Assembly: GCA_040773245.1 (NCBI GenBank)
Contig: JAXGWO010000014.1
Span: 707 to 64,706 of the forward strand
Direction: 5' to 3'
DNA from: PVC group bacterium
Lineage (GTDB): Bacteria > Auribacterota > Erginobacteria > Erginobacterales > Erginobacteraceae
DNA length: 64,000 nt
Shown here: piece by piece, positions 54,237-64,000 of the stretch
Numbering within the stretch: position 1 is the stretch's first letter
Layout: the number at the start of each line of letters is the position of its first letter
Notes under the pieces: model-generated
What the model saw: only the letters and a program-made list of their open reading frames with translations
The model's database searches: none
What the model was told of the DNA's origin: nothing
Program-made: the position numbers and the translations under genes

Positions 54237-55436
54237 ATGAAACCTTCTCCACGTCGTCATCCGGTCTTGCTCAGCATATCCCACTCGGCGGTGGTGGGCG
54301 GATACCGGAAGCGGTATTCGGAGGTCGCCCGGCAGTCCGACCTGGTGGTCAACCTCCTGGTCCCGCGCCGCTGGCGGCAGTTCAACCGGATGATCGACCT
54401 GGAAGAATCCGCAGACAACTCGTACCGGATGACTGTCCGCCAGCCGATGACCTGGGGGATACGCAATCACGGACTGCGCAACGTCACCCATATCTATCCC
54501 CGCCTGGAGCGGTTGCTCCGCGAACTGCGTCCGGATATTATCGAACTGTGGGAGGAACCGTTCTCCGCCGTCACCTTCCAGGTGATCCGGGCCGCGAAAA
54601 AGCTCCACCCGGAAGTCCCGATCATATTCTTCTCCGCCCAGAACATCCGGAAGAATCATCCGCCGCCGTTCTCCTGGTTTGAGAGATACACCTATCGTCG
54701 GGCCGATTTCGCCTTCGTTATCAACCGCGAGGCGGAGAAGGTAATCCGGGGGAAAGGCTGGGAGAAAGGATCACTGGTCCTCCCCCTGGGCGTCGATCCC
54801 GGGTTCTTCCGGCCGCGGTACGCCTCGGCCCGGCGCGCCGAACTCCGCCTGGACAAGTTCACGGTCGGATTCGTCGGGAAGCTGGAAGCCCAGAAGGGTC
54901 TCCTGGAGTTGATCCGGTCCGTCGCCGGCCTGACCGGGGCGGTTGATCTCCTGATCGCCGGGGACGGCCCGCTGCTGAACCGGGCGCGGGAACTGGCCGC
55001 GGAACTGGGATTAACCGAAAGGGCCAGGTTCATCCCCGCCGTTCCTTATGATACAATGCCCGAATTGCTCACTTGCCTGGATGTCCTGGTGCTCCCTTCC
55101 GTGACCGAACCCGGCCTGAAGGAACAGTTCGGCCGGGTCCTGATCGAGGCGATGAGCTGCGCCGTTCCGGTTATCGGCTCCGACTCGGGGGAGATCCCCC
55201 ACGTGATCGGGGACGCCGGGCTGACCTTCCCGGAGGGGGACTGCCGGCGGCTCGCGAAACAGATCGAGGCTTTACGGATGGACCCAACCCGGAGAAAGGA
55301 ACTGGGTGAACGGGGGCGGGCCCGGGTCCGGAAGCTCTACTCCTGGGAGGAGATCGCCCGGCGACAGATCGCGGTTTATAATCATCTCCTGGGAGAGGGA
55401 TCAACCCCCCCGTCCGCCGGAAATAATGAGCCCTGA
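54237..55436 (+). CDS. GT4 glycosyltransferase
   Basis: LWEEPFS, PLGVD, KGLLEL, KEQFGRVLIEAMSC, GEIPHVIGDAG. Confidence 0.9.
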   Translation: MKPSPRRHPVLLSISHSAVVGGYRKRYSEVARQSDLVVNLLVPRRWRQFNRMIDLEESADNSYRMTVRQPMTWGIRNHGLRNVTHIYPRLERLLRELRPDIIELWEEPFSAVTFQVIRAAKKLHPEVPIIFFSAQNIRKNHPPPFSWFERYTYRRADFAFVINREAEKVIRGKGWEKGSLVLPLGVDPGFFRPRYASARRAELRLDKFTVGFVGKLEAQKGLLELIRSVAGLTGAVDLLIAGDGPLLNRARELAAELGLTERARFIPAVPYDTMPELLTCLDVLVLPSVTEPGLKEQFGRVLIEAMSCAVPVIGSDSGEIPHVIGDAGLTFPEGDCRRLAKQIEALRMDPTRRKELGERGRARVRKLYSWEEIARRQIAVYNHLLGEGSTPPSAGNNEP

Positions 55437-56286
55437 TCCGATTGATCAAGCCGGCTATGCCCTCCTGGACTCGGGCCGGGGGAGGAAGCTGGAGCAGTTC
55501 GGTCCCTTCCGGCTGGTCCGCCCCTGCGCGCCGGCGATCTGGGAACCGGTCCTGGACCGATCGGAGTGGGAGCGGGCCGACGCGGTCTTCACCCGGGATG
55601 GGGACAGTCCCCCCCCGGCCGGGGCGGGACTGCCGGAATCCTGGGAGACCCGGATCGGCGGATTGGTCTTCAAGACCTCGCTGACCGGCTTCGGGCACCT
55701 CGGGGTCTTTCCCGAACACCTGACGATCTGGCGGCGGACGGGGGAGATCGCCCGGGCCGGCGGACGGGCGGAACTCAGCATCCTCAACCTCTTCGCTTAC
55801 ACCGGGGGGGCCACCCTGGCCCTGGCCGGGCCGGGGAGGAAGATCTGCCACGTCGACGCCTCCCGGCCCGCCGTGGCCTGGGCCCGGGAGAACGCCCGGC
55901 TCAACCGGCTGGAGGATTCTCCCATCCGCTGGATCGTCGACGACGTGAAGAAGTTCGCCGGCCGGGAGATCAAGCGGGGGGTCAGGTACGACGGGATCAT
56001 CCTCGACCCCCCTTCCTTCGGCCGGGGAAACAAGGGGCAGGTCTTCAAGATCGAGCAGGACCTCCCTCCTCTCCTCCGGGACCTGGGCCGTCTCCTCTCC
56101 GACCGCCCGCTCTTCGTCTGCCTCTCCGCCCACACCCCCGGCTTCACCGGGCGGGTCCTGGAAAACCTCCTGCGGCAGGTCCTGTCCCCTCGGGGAGGGG
56201 GACGGCTGGAGTCCGGGGACCTGGTCATCGATTCGGCCCAATCCTTCCCGCTCACCCTGGGAACCTACGCCCTCTGGACGCGATGA
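55426..56286 (+). CDS. Class I SAM-dependent methyltransferase (RlmI-like)
   Basis: YALLDSGRGRKLEQFG, HLGVFPE, LNLFAYTGGAT, HVDAS, IRWIVDD, YDGIILDPPSFGRG. Confidence 0.85.
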   Translation: MSPDPIDQAGYALLDSGRGRKLEQFGPFRLVRPCAPAIWEPVLDRSEWERADAVFTRDGDSPPPAGAGLPESWETRIGGLVFKTSLTGFGHLGVFPEHLTIWRRTGEIARAGGRAELSILNLFAYTGGATLALAGPGRKICHVDASRPAVAWARENARLNRLEDSPIRWIVDDVKKFAGREIKRGVRYDGIILDPPSFGRGNKGQVFKIEQDLPPLLRDLGRLLSDRPLFVCLSAHTPGFTGRVLENLLRQVLSPRGGGRLESGDLVIDSAQSFPLTLGTYALWTR

Positions 56287-57134
56287 CCGCCAGGATCGAA
56301 AGCCGGCAGAACCCGCGGATCAAGGAGGCCCTCAAGCTTTTCAAGAGGGCGGACCGGGACGCGAGCGGACTCTTCATCATCGAGGGCTACCGGGAGATCC
56401 GGCGGGCCGAGGAGAACGGATGGGAATTCCAGACCCTGTTCTTCTCGCGGGATCACTTCCTGAAGGACAACGAGGACGCCCTGATCGCCAGGATCCGGAG
56501 CCGGGGAGCCCTGATCCTGGAATGCGCTCGAACCGTCTTCGAAAAACTGTCCTACCGGGACCGGCCCGACGGGCTCTTCGCCGTCGCCCGGCAGAGGCAT
56601 TATACCCGGGAGAACCTCGACGCGATCCTGGACACCCGCCCCGCCCCGCTCTTTGTGATCGTGGAGAGGATCGAGAAACCGGGGAATCTGGGCACGATCC
56701 TGCGGACCGCCGACGGGGTCGGGGCCGAAGCGGTGATCGTCTGCGATCCGGTGGCGGACGTCTTCAACCCCAACGTGGTCCGGGCCTCGGTGGGCACCCT
56801 CTTCTCCCGGGTGGTGGTCAGGATGCCGGCCGGGGAGTGCCTGGATTACCTCCGGAGCCGCCGGGTCCGGGTGATCGCCGCCAGCCCGGAAGGAAAGGAT
56901 TACTACTTCTCGGCCGATCTCACCGGACCGGTCGCCCTGGCCTTCGGGGCCGAGCAGTACGGCCTGACGGCGGAGTTTCTCCGGCGCGCCGACGAGGTGG
57001 TGAAGATCCCGATGGCCGGGGCGGCCGATTCCCTCAACGTCTCGGCGGCGGCGGCGATCCTGCTCTACGAGGCGATCCGGCAGCGGTACCTGGCCGGGAC
57101 TCCGGGGCCGGAAAGACCGGAGGCGGGAAGATGA
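56283..57134 (+). CDS. TrmH/SpoU family RNA methyltransferase
   Basis: QNPRIK, IEGYRE, EKPGNLGTILR, RASVG, FGAEQYGL, IPMAGAADSLNVS. Confidence 0.92.
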   Translation: MTARIESRQNPRIKEALKLFKRADRDASGLFIIEGYREIRRAEENGWEFQTLFFSRDHFLKDNEDALIARIRSRGALILECARTVFEKLSYRDRPDGLFAVARQRHYTRENLDAILDTRPAPLFVIVERIEKPGNLGTILRTADGVGAEAVIVCDPVADVFNPNVVRASVGTLFSRVVVRMPAGECLDYLRSRRVRVIAASPEGKDYYFSADLTGPVALAFGAEQYGLTAEFLRRADEVVKIPMAGAADSLNVSAAAAILLYEAIRQRYLAGTPGPERPEAGR

Positions 57135-57832
57135 GCCGCGGACCGGAGATAATCCTCTACCACTCCGTCCAGCCGGACGACCGTTTCCCCTCCCCCTCCG
57201 GGGTCAACCTCCCGCCGGAGATCTTTGAACGGCACCTCGCCTACCTCCAGGGGAGTTACGCGGCCGTTACCCTTCGCGAACTCCTCTTCCACCCGCCCCG
57301 GAACGGACGGCCGCCGCTGGCCGTAACTTTCGACGACGGCTACCGGGACACCGCAGAGATCGCTTATCCCCTGCTGAAGAAATACTCCATTCCGGCAACC
57401 TTCTTCCTCACGGTCTCGATGGTCAACCAGGCCTGGCCTTTCCCCGGGGGACCCTACCCGGGCTTGAGCTGGGAGGGGGTGCGGGAGATGGGGAGGGACC
57501 CGGGGGTGGAGTTCGGGTCTCACGGCCTGAACCACCGCGACCTGACCCGGCTCCCGCCCGAAGAGGCGGGACGCGAGATCGGGGAGTCGAAGAGAATCCT
57601 GGAGGAGAAGATCTCCCGCCGGGTGGACTTCTTCTCCTTCCCCCACGGGAGTTACAACGACCGGCTCCGGGGACTGGTCCGGGAAGCCGGCTACCGGGCG
57701 GCCTTCTCCGTCATCCCCCGCCGGGAGGACGATTTCGCCCGGAGAAGGGTCCTGATCTCCCGGAAGGACGGCCTCTTCCGCCTCCGGCTCAAGCTCTCCC
57801 CGCTCTACTGGCCGCTGCGGAGAATCCTGTGA
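57131..57832 (+). CDS. Polysaccharide deacetylase (CE4)
   Basis: LYHSV, TFDDGY, ATFF, GSHGLNH, FSFPHG. Confidence 0.9.
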   Translation: MSRGPEIILYHSVQPDDRFPSPSGVNLPPEIFERHLAYLQGSYAAVTLRELLFHPPRNGRPPLAVTFDDGYRDTAEIAYPLLKKYSIPATFFLTVSMVNQAWPFPGGPYPGLSWEGVREMGRDPGVEFGSHGLNHRDLTRLPPEEAGREIGESKRILEEKISRRVDFFSFPHGSYNDRLRGLVREAGYRAAFSVIPRREDDFARRRVLISRKDGLFRLRLKLSPLYWPLRRIL

Positions 57833-57833
57833 G

Positions 57834-58952
57834 ATGATCCTGATCATTACGCGCTACTTCCCACCTTCCCGGGGGGGAACCGAGGCCTACACGTTCGATC
57901 TGGCCCGGGGACTATCCGGCCAGGGGCGGGAGGTCGTTGTCCTCGCCCCGGCCGCGCCGGGAGATCGCGCCTTCGACCGCACCTGCGGGTTCGAGGTCGT
58001 CCGCGCCGGGGGCGAACGGGGGCGCTGGCGGAGGCTGTGGGCCTTCTTCCGGACAGCACAGCGACTCCGAACCCGCCGGCAGATCAGGGTGATTGTCGCC
58101 ACCACCTGGTCCCCGAGCGGGCTGATCGCCCTCTGGCTCCGCCTCCGCTTCTCCCTGCCTTACCTGGTGATCGCCCACGGCAGCGAGCTTTACGCCCACC
58201 GCCCCTGGAACTGGCTCCGGGGGACGGTCTTCCGGAGAGCGGAACGGGTGCTGGCCAACAGCGAATACACCCGGAAGCGATTGGAGAGCCTCGGGATCGG
58301 GGCGAAAAAGATCCCCCTCGTCCCCCCGGCGGTCAACCTGGAGAAACTGGGCGCTGACTCCGGGCATCCCCTGGAGCCGCCGCGGGGGGAGGGTCCCCTC
58401 CTCCTCACGGTCACCCGCCTCGCCCCCAAGAAGGGGGTGGACACGGTGCTGGCCGCCCTGCCCCTGGTCCGGGAACAGGCCGGCCCGGTCAGGTACCTGG
58501 TGGTGGGAGCCGGGGAAGATCGTTCGCGCCTGGATAGAATTATCCGCGACCACGGACTGGAAGACTCGGTCACCCTGGCCGGACGGCTGAGCGAAGAGGA
58601 TCTGGCCGCCGCCTACCGGCTTTGCGATCTCTTCCTGTTAATCAGCCGCCAGGAGCGGGGAGGAGCCGACTACGAGGGATTCGGGATCGTGCTCCTCGAG
58701 GCCGCCGCGGCCGGCAAGCCGGTGATCGCCGGGCGGTCGGGGGGGATCCCGGAGGCGGTCGAGGAAGGGGTGAGCGGCCTGCTGGTCAACCCCCTCTCCC
58801 CCGAGGAGACAGCCGCGGCGATCGTTTCCCTGCTCAACGATCCCGAGCGGGCCCGAGAAATGGGGGAAAAGGGCCGGCGGCGGGTCCAGGAAAGTTTTTC
58901 CGTCAGGGCAATGGCTGACCGGGTCAGCGGCATCATAGACGAGTCGGCGTGA
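57834..58952 (+). CDS. GT4 glycosyltransferase
   Basis: FPPSRGG, HGSEL, NSEYT, RLAPKKG, EGFGIVLLEA, SGGIPEAV. Confidence 0.9.
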   Translation: MILIITRYFPPSRGGTEAYTFDLARGLSGQGREVVVLAPAAPGDRAFDRTCGFEVVRAGGERGRWRRLWAFFRTAQRLRTRRQIRVIVATTWSPSGLIALWLRLRFSLPYLVIAHGSELYAHRPWNWLRGTVFRRAERVLANSEYTRKRLESLGIGAKKIPLVPPAVNLEKLGADSGHPLEPPRGEGPLLLTVTRLAPKKGVDTVLAALPLVREQAGPVRYLVVGAGEDRSRLDRIIRDHGLEDSVTLAGRLSEEDLAAAYRLCDLFLLISRQERGGADYEGFGIVLLEAAAAGKPVIAGRSGGIPEAVEEGVSGLLVNPLSPEETAAAIVSLLNDPERAREMGEKGRRRVQESFSVRAMADRVSGIIDESA

Positions 58953-60103
58953 TGAGGATTCTCCAGATCGCTTACAAGTCCAAGATCAGCGGGGGGGAGA
59001 AGGTCCTCTTCGACCTGGCCGTCTGCCTCCGGAGGCGGGGGCATCAAGTGCTGACGGCCTGTCCGGACCCGGGACAGCTGCCGGAGAGACTGGCGGCGGA
59101 GGAGATCCTCACGAAGGTAATCCCGTTTCACAAGACCTATGACCTTCCGGCCGCTCTCCGGCTGGCCCGCTTGATCCGTGAAGAAAGGATCGAAATAGTT
59201 CATTCTCACGGTATGCTGACCAATATCCTGGCGCGCCTCGCCGGGCGGCGGGCCCGGGTCCCGGTCTCGGTCTCCACCGAGCACCTGACGATGGAGCTGG
59301 CCCGGGGCGGCCGGGGAAAGAACCGGCGGGACCGGATCCAGGCCGCCTATTACCGGAGACTCGATAATTTCACCAGCCGTTACAACCAGGTGGTAATCGC
59401 CGTCTCAAAAGCGGTCCGCGACGACCTGCTGGAACAGGGGATGGATCCCGGCCGGGTGATCGTTATTCAGAACGGCATCGAGATACCTCCCCTCCATAAC
59501 CTGGCCGGGCGGAGAATCCGGGAGGAACTGGGCATAACGCAAGACATCCCGGTGATCGGGACGGTCGGCCGTCTCTCTCCCCAGAAAGATTATCCGACCT
59601 TCCTGCGGGCGGCCGCCGAAGTCATCGCCGCGGTCCCCCGGGCGCTGTTCCTGATCCTGGGGGACGGGGATCTCCGCCCGGGCCTGGAGAAGCTGGCGGC
59701 GGAATTGAAGATCGCGGGGAGGGTGAGATTCCTCGGTTACCGGGAGAACGTTCTGGAAATGGTCTCCGCCTTCGACATCTTCGCCCTCTCCTCGCTCTGG
59801 GAAGGGCTGCCCCTCGCCGTCCTGGAAGCGATGGCCCTGGCCAAGCCGGTGGTCGCGACCGCCGTCCCCGGGACGGCCGAGGCGCTGGTTGATGGTGAGA
59901 CGGGTTTCGCGGTGCCCATCGGGGATCCCGCCGCCCTGGCGGGAAAGATCATCCATCTGGCCGGGAACCCGGGGAAGGCCCGGGAGATGGGGAAGGCGGG
60001 GAGAAAACGGGCGGAAGATAAATTCAGCCGGAAGCGGATGGCGGACGAACACGAAGAGCTTTACCAAAGACTGCTCAACCGGCATTACCAAGAGAAGCAA
60101 TGA
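58949..60103 (+). CDS. GT4 glycosyltransferase
   Basis: GGEKV, STEH, IQNGI, GRLSPQKD, EGLPLAVLEAM. Confidence 0.9.
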   Translation: MMRILQIAYKSKISGGEKVLFDLAVCLRRRGHQVLTACPDPGQLPERLAAEEILTKVIPFHKTYDLPAALRLARLIREERIEIVHSHGMLTNILARLAGRRARVPVSVSTEHLTMELARGGRGKNRRDRIQAAYYRRLDNFTSRYNQVVIAVSKAVRDDLLEQGMDPGRVIVIQNGIEIPPLHNLAGRRIREELGITQDIPVIGTVGRLSPQKDYPTFLRAAAEVIAAVPRALFLILGDGDLRPGLEKLAAELKIAGRVRFLGYRENVLEMVSAFDIFALSSLWEGLPLAVLEAMALAKPVVATAVPGTAEALVDGETGFAVPIGDPAALAGKIIHLAGNPGKAREMGKAGRKRAEDKFSRKRMADEHEELYQRLLNRHYQEKQ

Positions 60104-61269
60104 TCAATATCCTGTACCTGAATCCCGCGGGGTTCATCGGGGGGGCGGAGAAGAGCCTGCTGGACCTGCTGGACAATCTTCCCCCGGAGAGGTTCCGGCC
60201 GCTGGTCGCGCTGCTTTCGCCGGGGCCGATGGCGGAAGCTCTTCGGGAGAGATCGATCGACTGCCGTCTCCTTCCCCTCTCCCCCGCCCTGCTCGAACTG
60301 AGCCGGGGGAAGGGGAAGAACTCCCCGGGAGCGCTCCTCGCGGCGCCGTTTCGCCTCCTGCCGGCGGCCGGGCAACTCGGACGGCTGATCCGCAAGGAAA
60401 GGATATCCATTGTCCACACCAACGGGCTGAAGGCCCACCTCCTGGGGACGCTCCCGGCCCGGTTCAACGGCCGGCCCGTGGTCTGGCATTTCCGCGACCT
60501 GCCCGGCCGGGGAGGCTACGGGCGGCTCTTCCGCCGGCTGGCCCGGATCCTGCCCAGCCGGATCATCGCCAACTCGGCCGCGGTGAAGCGGGAACTGGGG
60601 AACCCGGCCCGAGCCCGGGTCGTCTACAACGGCGTGGCGATCCCGCCGGCGCCGGATGAAGCCGGGACCGGACGGCAAAGAGAAAAGCTGGGACTGGGGA
60701 AGGGAGAGCTGGTGATCGGGACCATCGGCCATCTCGCCCCCCTGAAAGGCTACGAAGATTTCCTCCAGGCAATCCCCGCAATTCTGGAGAAATTTCCCGC
60801 CTCCCGGTTCCTGATCACCGGCGATGCCATCTACCCGGCCTGGCGGGACTACCGACGCAGCCTGGAAGCCCGGGCGGAAGAATTGGGAGTGGCCGGGGCG
60901 GTTATCTTCACCGGCGGCCGCACGGACCCGGGGGAGATTCTCCCCGCCCTGGATATCTTCGTCCTCCCCTCCCGGTCCGAAGGGTTCGGACGGGCCAACC
61001 TGGAAGCGATGGCCGCCGGGCTGCCGGTGGTCTCCACGAACGTCGGGGGTATCCCCGAGGTGGTCATCGACGGAGAGACCGGGCTCCTGGTCCCGCCGAA
61101 CCGGCCCGCGGCTCTCGCCCGGGCGATCATCACCCTGGCGGAAGACCAAGGACGGCGGAGTAAGTTCGGCGCGGCCGGGAGAAAGCGGGCGGCGGAATTT
61201 TCCATTCGAAGAATGACGGACGGGGTGGTCGCGATATATGATGAAGTCTTATCCGGTTCCCGGGAATAA
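60100..61269 (+). CDS. GT4 glycosyltransferase
   Basis: GGAEKSL, WHFRD, VYNGV, KGYEDF, EGFGRANLEAM, GGIPEVV. Confidence 0.9.
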   Translation: MINILYLNPAGFIGGAEKSLLDLLDNLPPERFRPLVALLSPGPMAEALRERSIDCRLLPLSPALLELSRGKGKNSPGALLAAPFRLLPAAGQLGRLIRKERISIVHTNGLKAHLLGTLPARFNGRPVVWHFRDLPGRGGYGRLFRRLARILPSRIIANSAAVKRELGNPARARVVYNGVAIPPAPDEAGTGRQREKLGLGKGELVIGTIGHLAPLKGYEDFLQAIPAILEKFPASRFLITGDAIYPAWRDYRRSLEARAEELGVAGAVIFTGGRTDPGEILPALDIFVLPSRSEGFGRANLEAMAAGLPVVSTNVGGIPEVVIDGETGLLVPPNRPAALARAIITLAEDQGRRSKFGAAGRKRAAEFSIRRMTDGVVAIYDEVLSGSRE

Positions 61270-61285
61270 TTGCGGCAGGCAACAG

Positions 61286-62398
61286 GTGAATTTCAGCGTC
61301 CTCCAGGTCGGCAAGTTCTACTCTCCCTACCGGGGGGGTATGGAGACCTACCTGGTCGATCTCTGCCGGGAACTGAAGGAGCGGGTGGATCTCAAGGTAC
61401 TGGTCGCCAACACCTCCCGCCGGACCATCCGCGAAGAGGTGGACGGGGTGGAGGTGATCCGGGCCGGGAGCTGGGGCCGCGCCTTCTCGACCTCGCTCTG
61501 CCCCTCCTTCCCGCAGCTGATGCGGGAGAACGCCGCCGACATCATAACCGTTCATCACCCCAACCCCCTGGCCACCCTCGCCTACCTGAAGGCCCGCCCC
61601 CCCGGGCGCCTGACGGTCGTCTACCACAGCGACATCGTGAAGCAGAAACTGACCGAACTGCTCTACCGACCCCTGCTCCTGAAATTTATCCGCCGGGCGG
61701 AGAAGATCAGCGTGACTTCGCCGCACTATATCGAGGGGTCGCCGATCCTGCGCCGGTTCCGGGAGAAGTGCGTGGTGATTCCGATCGGGATCGATCTCTC
61801 GCTCTTCGAGGAGACCGGGGCCATCGCCGCCCGGGTCCGGGAGATCCGGCGGATCCACGGCGAGAGAACCGTGCTCTTCATCGGGCGGATGGCCTCGTAC
61901 AAGGGCATCGAGTACCTGGTCAAGGCGATGGGGGAGGTCAACGGCAAGCTTCTGGCCATCGGCGAAGGGGAACGGTTCGACGCCCTGAAGATGATGGTCG
62001 TCTCCCACGGTCTGGAGGACCGGGTCGCCCTGCTCAGCGCGGTCTCTCCCGATGATCTGCGGGCGCATCTCCGGGCCTGCTCCGTCTTCTGCCTCCCCTC
62101 GATCTCCCGCAACGAGGCTTTCGGGATCGTCCAGCTGGAGGCGATGGCCTCTTCCCGGCCGGTGGTCAGCTCCCGTCTCGACACCGGGATCACCTATACC
62201 AACCTCGACGGGGTCACCGGGCTGGTGGTCCCGCCCCGGGATTCCCGGGCCCTGGCCCGGGCGCTCAACCGGATCCTAGACGACCCCGCGCTCGGGGACG
62301 AGATGGGCCGGCAGGGCCGGCGGCGGGTCGAGGAGGAGTTCACCAAGGAAAAAATGGCGGAGAAGACCTACCGGATGTATCGGGAACTGTTAAACTGA
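61286..62398 (+). CDS. GT4 glycosyltransferase
   Basis: GKFYSPYRGGME, HHPNP, YHSDIV, YKGIEY, EAFGIVQLEAM; GTG start. Confidence 0.9.
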   Translation: MNFSVLQVGKFYSPYRGGMETYLVDLCRELKERVDLKVLVANTSRRTIREEVDGVEVIRAGSWGRAFSTSLCPSFPQLMRENAADIITVHHPNPLATLAYLKARPPGRLTVVYHSDIVKQKLTELLYRPLLLKFIRRAEKISVTSPHYIEGSPILRRFREKCVVIPIGIDLSLFEETGAIAARVREIRRIHGERTVLFIGRMASYKGIEYLVKAMGEVNGKLLAIGEGERFDALKMMVVSHGLEDRVALLSAVSPDDLRAHLRACSVFCLPSISRNEAFGIVQLEAMASSRPVVSSRLDTGITYTNLDGVTGLVVPPRDSRALARALNRILDDPALGDEMGRQGRRRVEEEFTKEKMAEKTYRMYRELLN

Positions 62399-62402
62399 AG
62401 GT

Positions 62403-63455
62403 ATGAATCTTCTCATCTTCATCGCCACCGCGGCCCTCTCCCTGATCCTCACCCCGATCCTGATCCGGCTGGCTTCCCGCTACGGGATCTCCCGCCACGA
62501 TGCCACCGGCTTCCTGCGGAAAAGGGCGCTGAGCCTGTCCGGGGGCGTGACGATATATATCTCTTTCGTTACGGTCACCGCGGCGGCCTTTCTCCTCAGC
62601 CGGGGGCGGTGGCTGGGATCCTATGACTACAACTATCTGGGGATCCTGATCGGCGGAACCCTGGTGCTCGTCCTCGGCTTCCGCGATGCCGTCCGCAAGG
62701 TCCCGCTGCCCTTGAAAATCGTTGTCCAGGCCCTGGCCGGACTGATCCTGGTCGGATGCGGCTACCGGATAGACTCCCTGACCTTCTTCCCGGGGGGAAA
62801 GATCGCCCTCGGCGGGGCGGGACCGGCATTCCTGATCGTCTGGGTTATCGGGGTAACCAACGCCTTCTCTCTCATCGACACCATCGACGGGCTGGCCGCC
62901 GGGATCGCCGCCATCTCCGCCGCCATCCTCTTCTTCGTCGCGCTGGCCGGACCGCCTTTTGTCCCGGTGCTGGCCCTGGCTGTCGCCGGGGGCTGTGCGG
63001 GTTTCCTCCGCTACAACTTCTATCCCGCCCGGATCCACCTCGGCCGGTCCGGTTCCTATCTTCTCGGTTTTGTCTTGGCGGCGATCGCCGCCCAGGGGGA
63101 ACTGAAGGCCGCCGCCGGGATCACCCTGACGCTTCCCCTCCTCGCCCTGGCGACCTCCCTCTTCGGGAGATTACCTGGCCGCTCCGGACCGGGGAAGGAG
63201 AACCGGATCCATCACCAGATCTCCGACCGGCTCCTCCGTCTCGGTTATTCGCCCCGCCAGGCGGTCCTGATCCTCTACCTTCTCCAGGTCAACCTGGGGA
63301 TGATCGCCCTGGTCGCCGCCGCCGCCGGCCGGACCCTGGCCCTGGGGATCTTCCTCCTGATCGGGATGATGCTCTATCTGCTCTTCAACATCGTCGAAGA
63401 ATACCGGTCGCGGCTCCGGCTCCTGAACTCCGGGGAACCGGGAGAATCCCGATGA
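62403..63455 (+). CDS. WecA/MraY-family (PNPT) protein with substituted catalytic motifs
   Basis: Overall PNPT topology, but GFRDA, NAFSLIDTIDG and HLGRSGS replace GxxDD, NxxNxxDGxDG and MGDxG. Confidence 0.8.
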   Translation: MNLLIFIATAALSLILTPILIRLASRYGISRHDATGFLRKRALSLSGGVTIYISFVTVTAAAFLLSRGRWLGSYDYNYLGILIGGTLVLVLGFRDAVRKVPLPLKIVVQALAGLILVGCGYRIDSLTFFPGGKIALGGAGPAFLIVWVIGVTNAFSLIDTIDGLAAGIAAISAAILFFVALAGPPFVPVLALAVAGGCAGFLRYNFYPARIHLGRSGSYLLGFVLAAIAAQGELKAAAGITLTLPLLALATSLFGRLPGRSGPGKENRIHHQISDRLLRLGYSPRQAVLILYLLQVNLGMIALVAAAAGRTLALGIFLLIGMMLYLLFNIVEEYRSRLRLLNSGEPGESR

Positions 63456-64000
63456 CGGAGACGACGATTTACTGGCTGGCCTTCCTGATCTCCCTGGCGG
63501 CCTCCCTCCTGGCGACCCCTCCCCTGGTCAGCTGGGCCCGGAAGAAGAAGATAACCGCTCTCTCCCACGAATTAAACGGCAAAGGACGGGAAGTTCCCCT
63601 GCTCGGGGGGGCGGCCATCTTCCTCGCCTTCACCCTTTCCACCGGCTTGGCCTTCCTGATCAGCCGGGACCGGATGCTGGGTTCTTTCGACACCCATTAC
63701 CTGGGCTTGATCCTGGGCGGAACCATCATTCTCGGGCTGGGGATTTACGATGACATCCGGGGGGCGCGGGCCCCGGTCAAGCTGATCGTCCAGGCGACGG
63801 CCGCCCTGACCCTGATAGCCAGCGGTTACAACGTCGAGGTCCTGACCAACCCCCTCGGCGGACAGATCCGGCTCGGCGCCTGGGGTTGGCCCCTGGTCAT
63901 CCTCTGGGTGGTCACCGTCACCAACGCCTTCAACCTCCTCGACGGACTGGACGGACTGGCCGCCGGAACGGCGGCGATCGCCGGGCTGGTCCTCTTCTTC
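63452..64000 (+). CDS. WecA/MraY-family undecaprenyl-phosphate sugar-1-phosphate transferase, truncated by window end
   Basis: Manual translation: VPLLGGAAI, GIYDDIR, KLIVQ, TNAFNLLDGLDGLA. Confidence 0.88.
   Translation, partial: MTETTIYWLAFLISLAASLLATPPLVSWARKKKITALSHELNGKGREVPLLGGAAIFLAFTLSTGLAFLISRDRMLGSFDTHYLGLILGGTIILGLGIYDDIRGARAPVKLIVQATAALTLIASGYNVEVLTNPLGGQIRLGAWGWPLVILWVVTVTNAFNLLDGLDGLAAGTAAIAGLVLFF

Overview
GC-rich bacterial chromosomal window (roughly two-thirds GC by eye), with no transposase, integrase, reverse transcriptase, CRISPR array or rRNA recognised. Layout: (1) 1-7.1 kb, minus strand: tRNA-Leu(TAA), a BtuFCD-like ABC importer, queD-queE-queF-queC, a DEDD exonuclease and an AlaA-like aminotransferase. 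(2) 7.5-24 kb, accessory region: four large signal-peptide proteins with different N-terminal modules (two ComEC-like metallo-beta-lactamase folds, a low-GC propeller/metallophosphoesterase, a beta-helix). Each has a Pro/Thr linker and the same C-terminal domain of six 40-aa FG-GAP-like repeats ending D-[IV]-P-[VL]-[TV]-R-stop. The region also holds a collapsed remnant of that domain, a THUMP RNA methyltransferase and a very basic HTH protein. (3) 24-34 kb, housekeeping, minus strand: ileS-lspA-yihY/cNMP-rluD, yicC-gmk-rpoZ-coaC-coaB-tRNA-Cys. (4) 34-40 kb: B12 radical SAM, an AmmeMemoRadiSam-type radical SAM flanked by two tiny exported peptides sharing a C-terminal motif, pncA and a membrane spermidine-synthase-like protein. 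(5) 40-44 kb: orphan parB-aroE-pilD-aroC-aroK. (6) 44.5-64 kb: envelope glycosylation cluster ending in a degenerate plus an intact WecA/MraY paralogue. Short tandem-repeat arrays (6-, 7- and 9-mers, several as inverted arms) and a palindromic repeat family sit at gene junctions. Some features are compatible with a PVC-related or candidate-phylum host, but that is unverified. Most long ORFs in the supplied track are antisense shadows.
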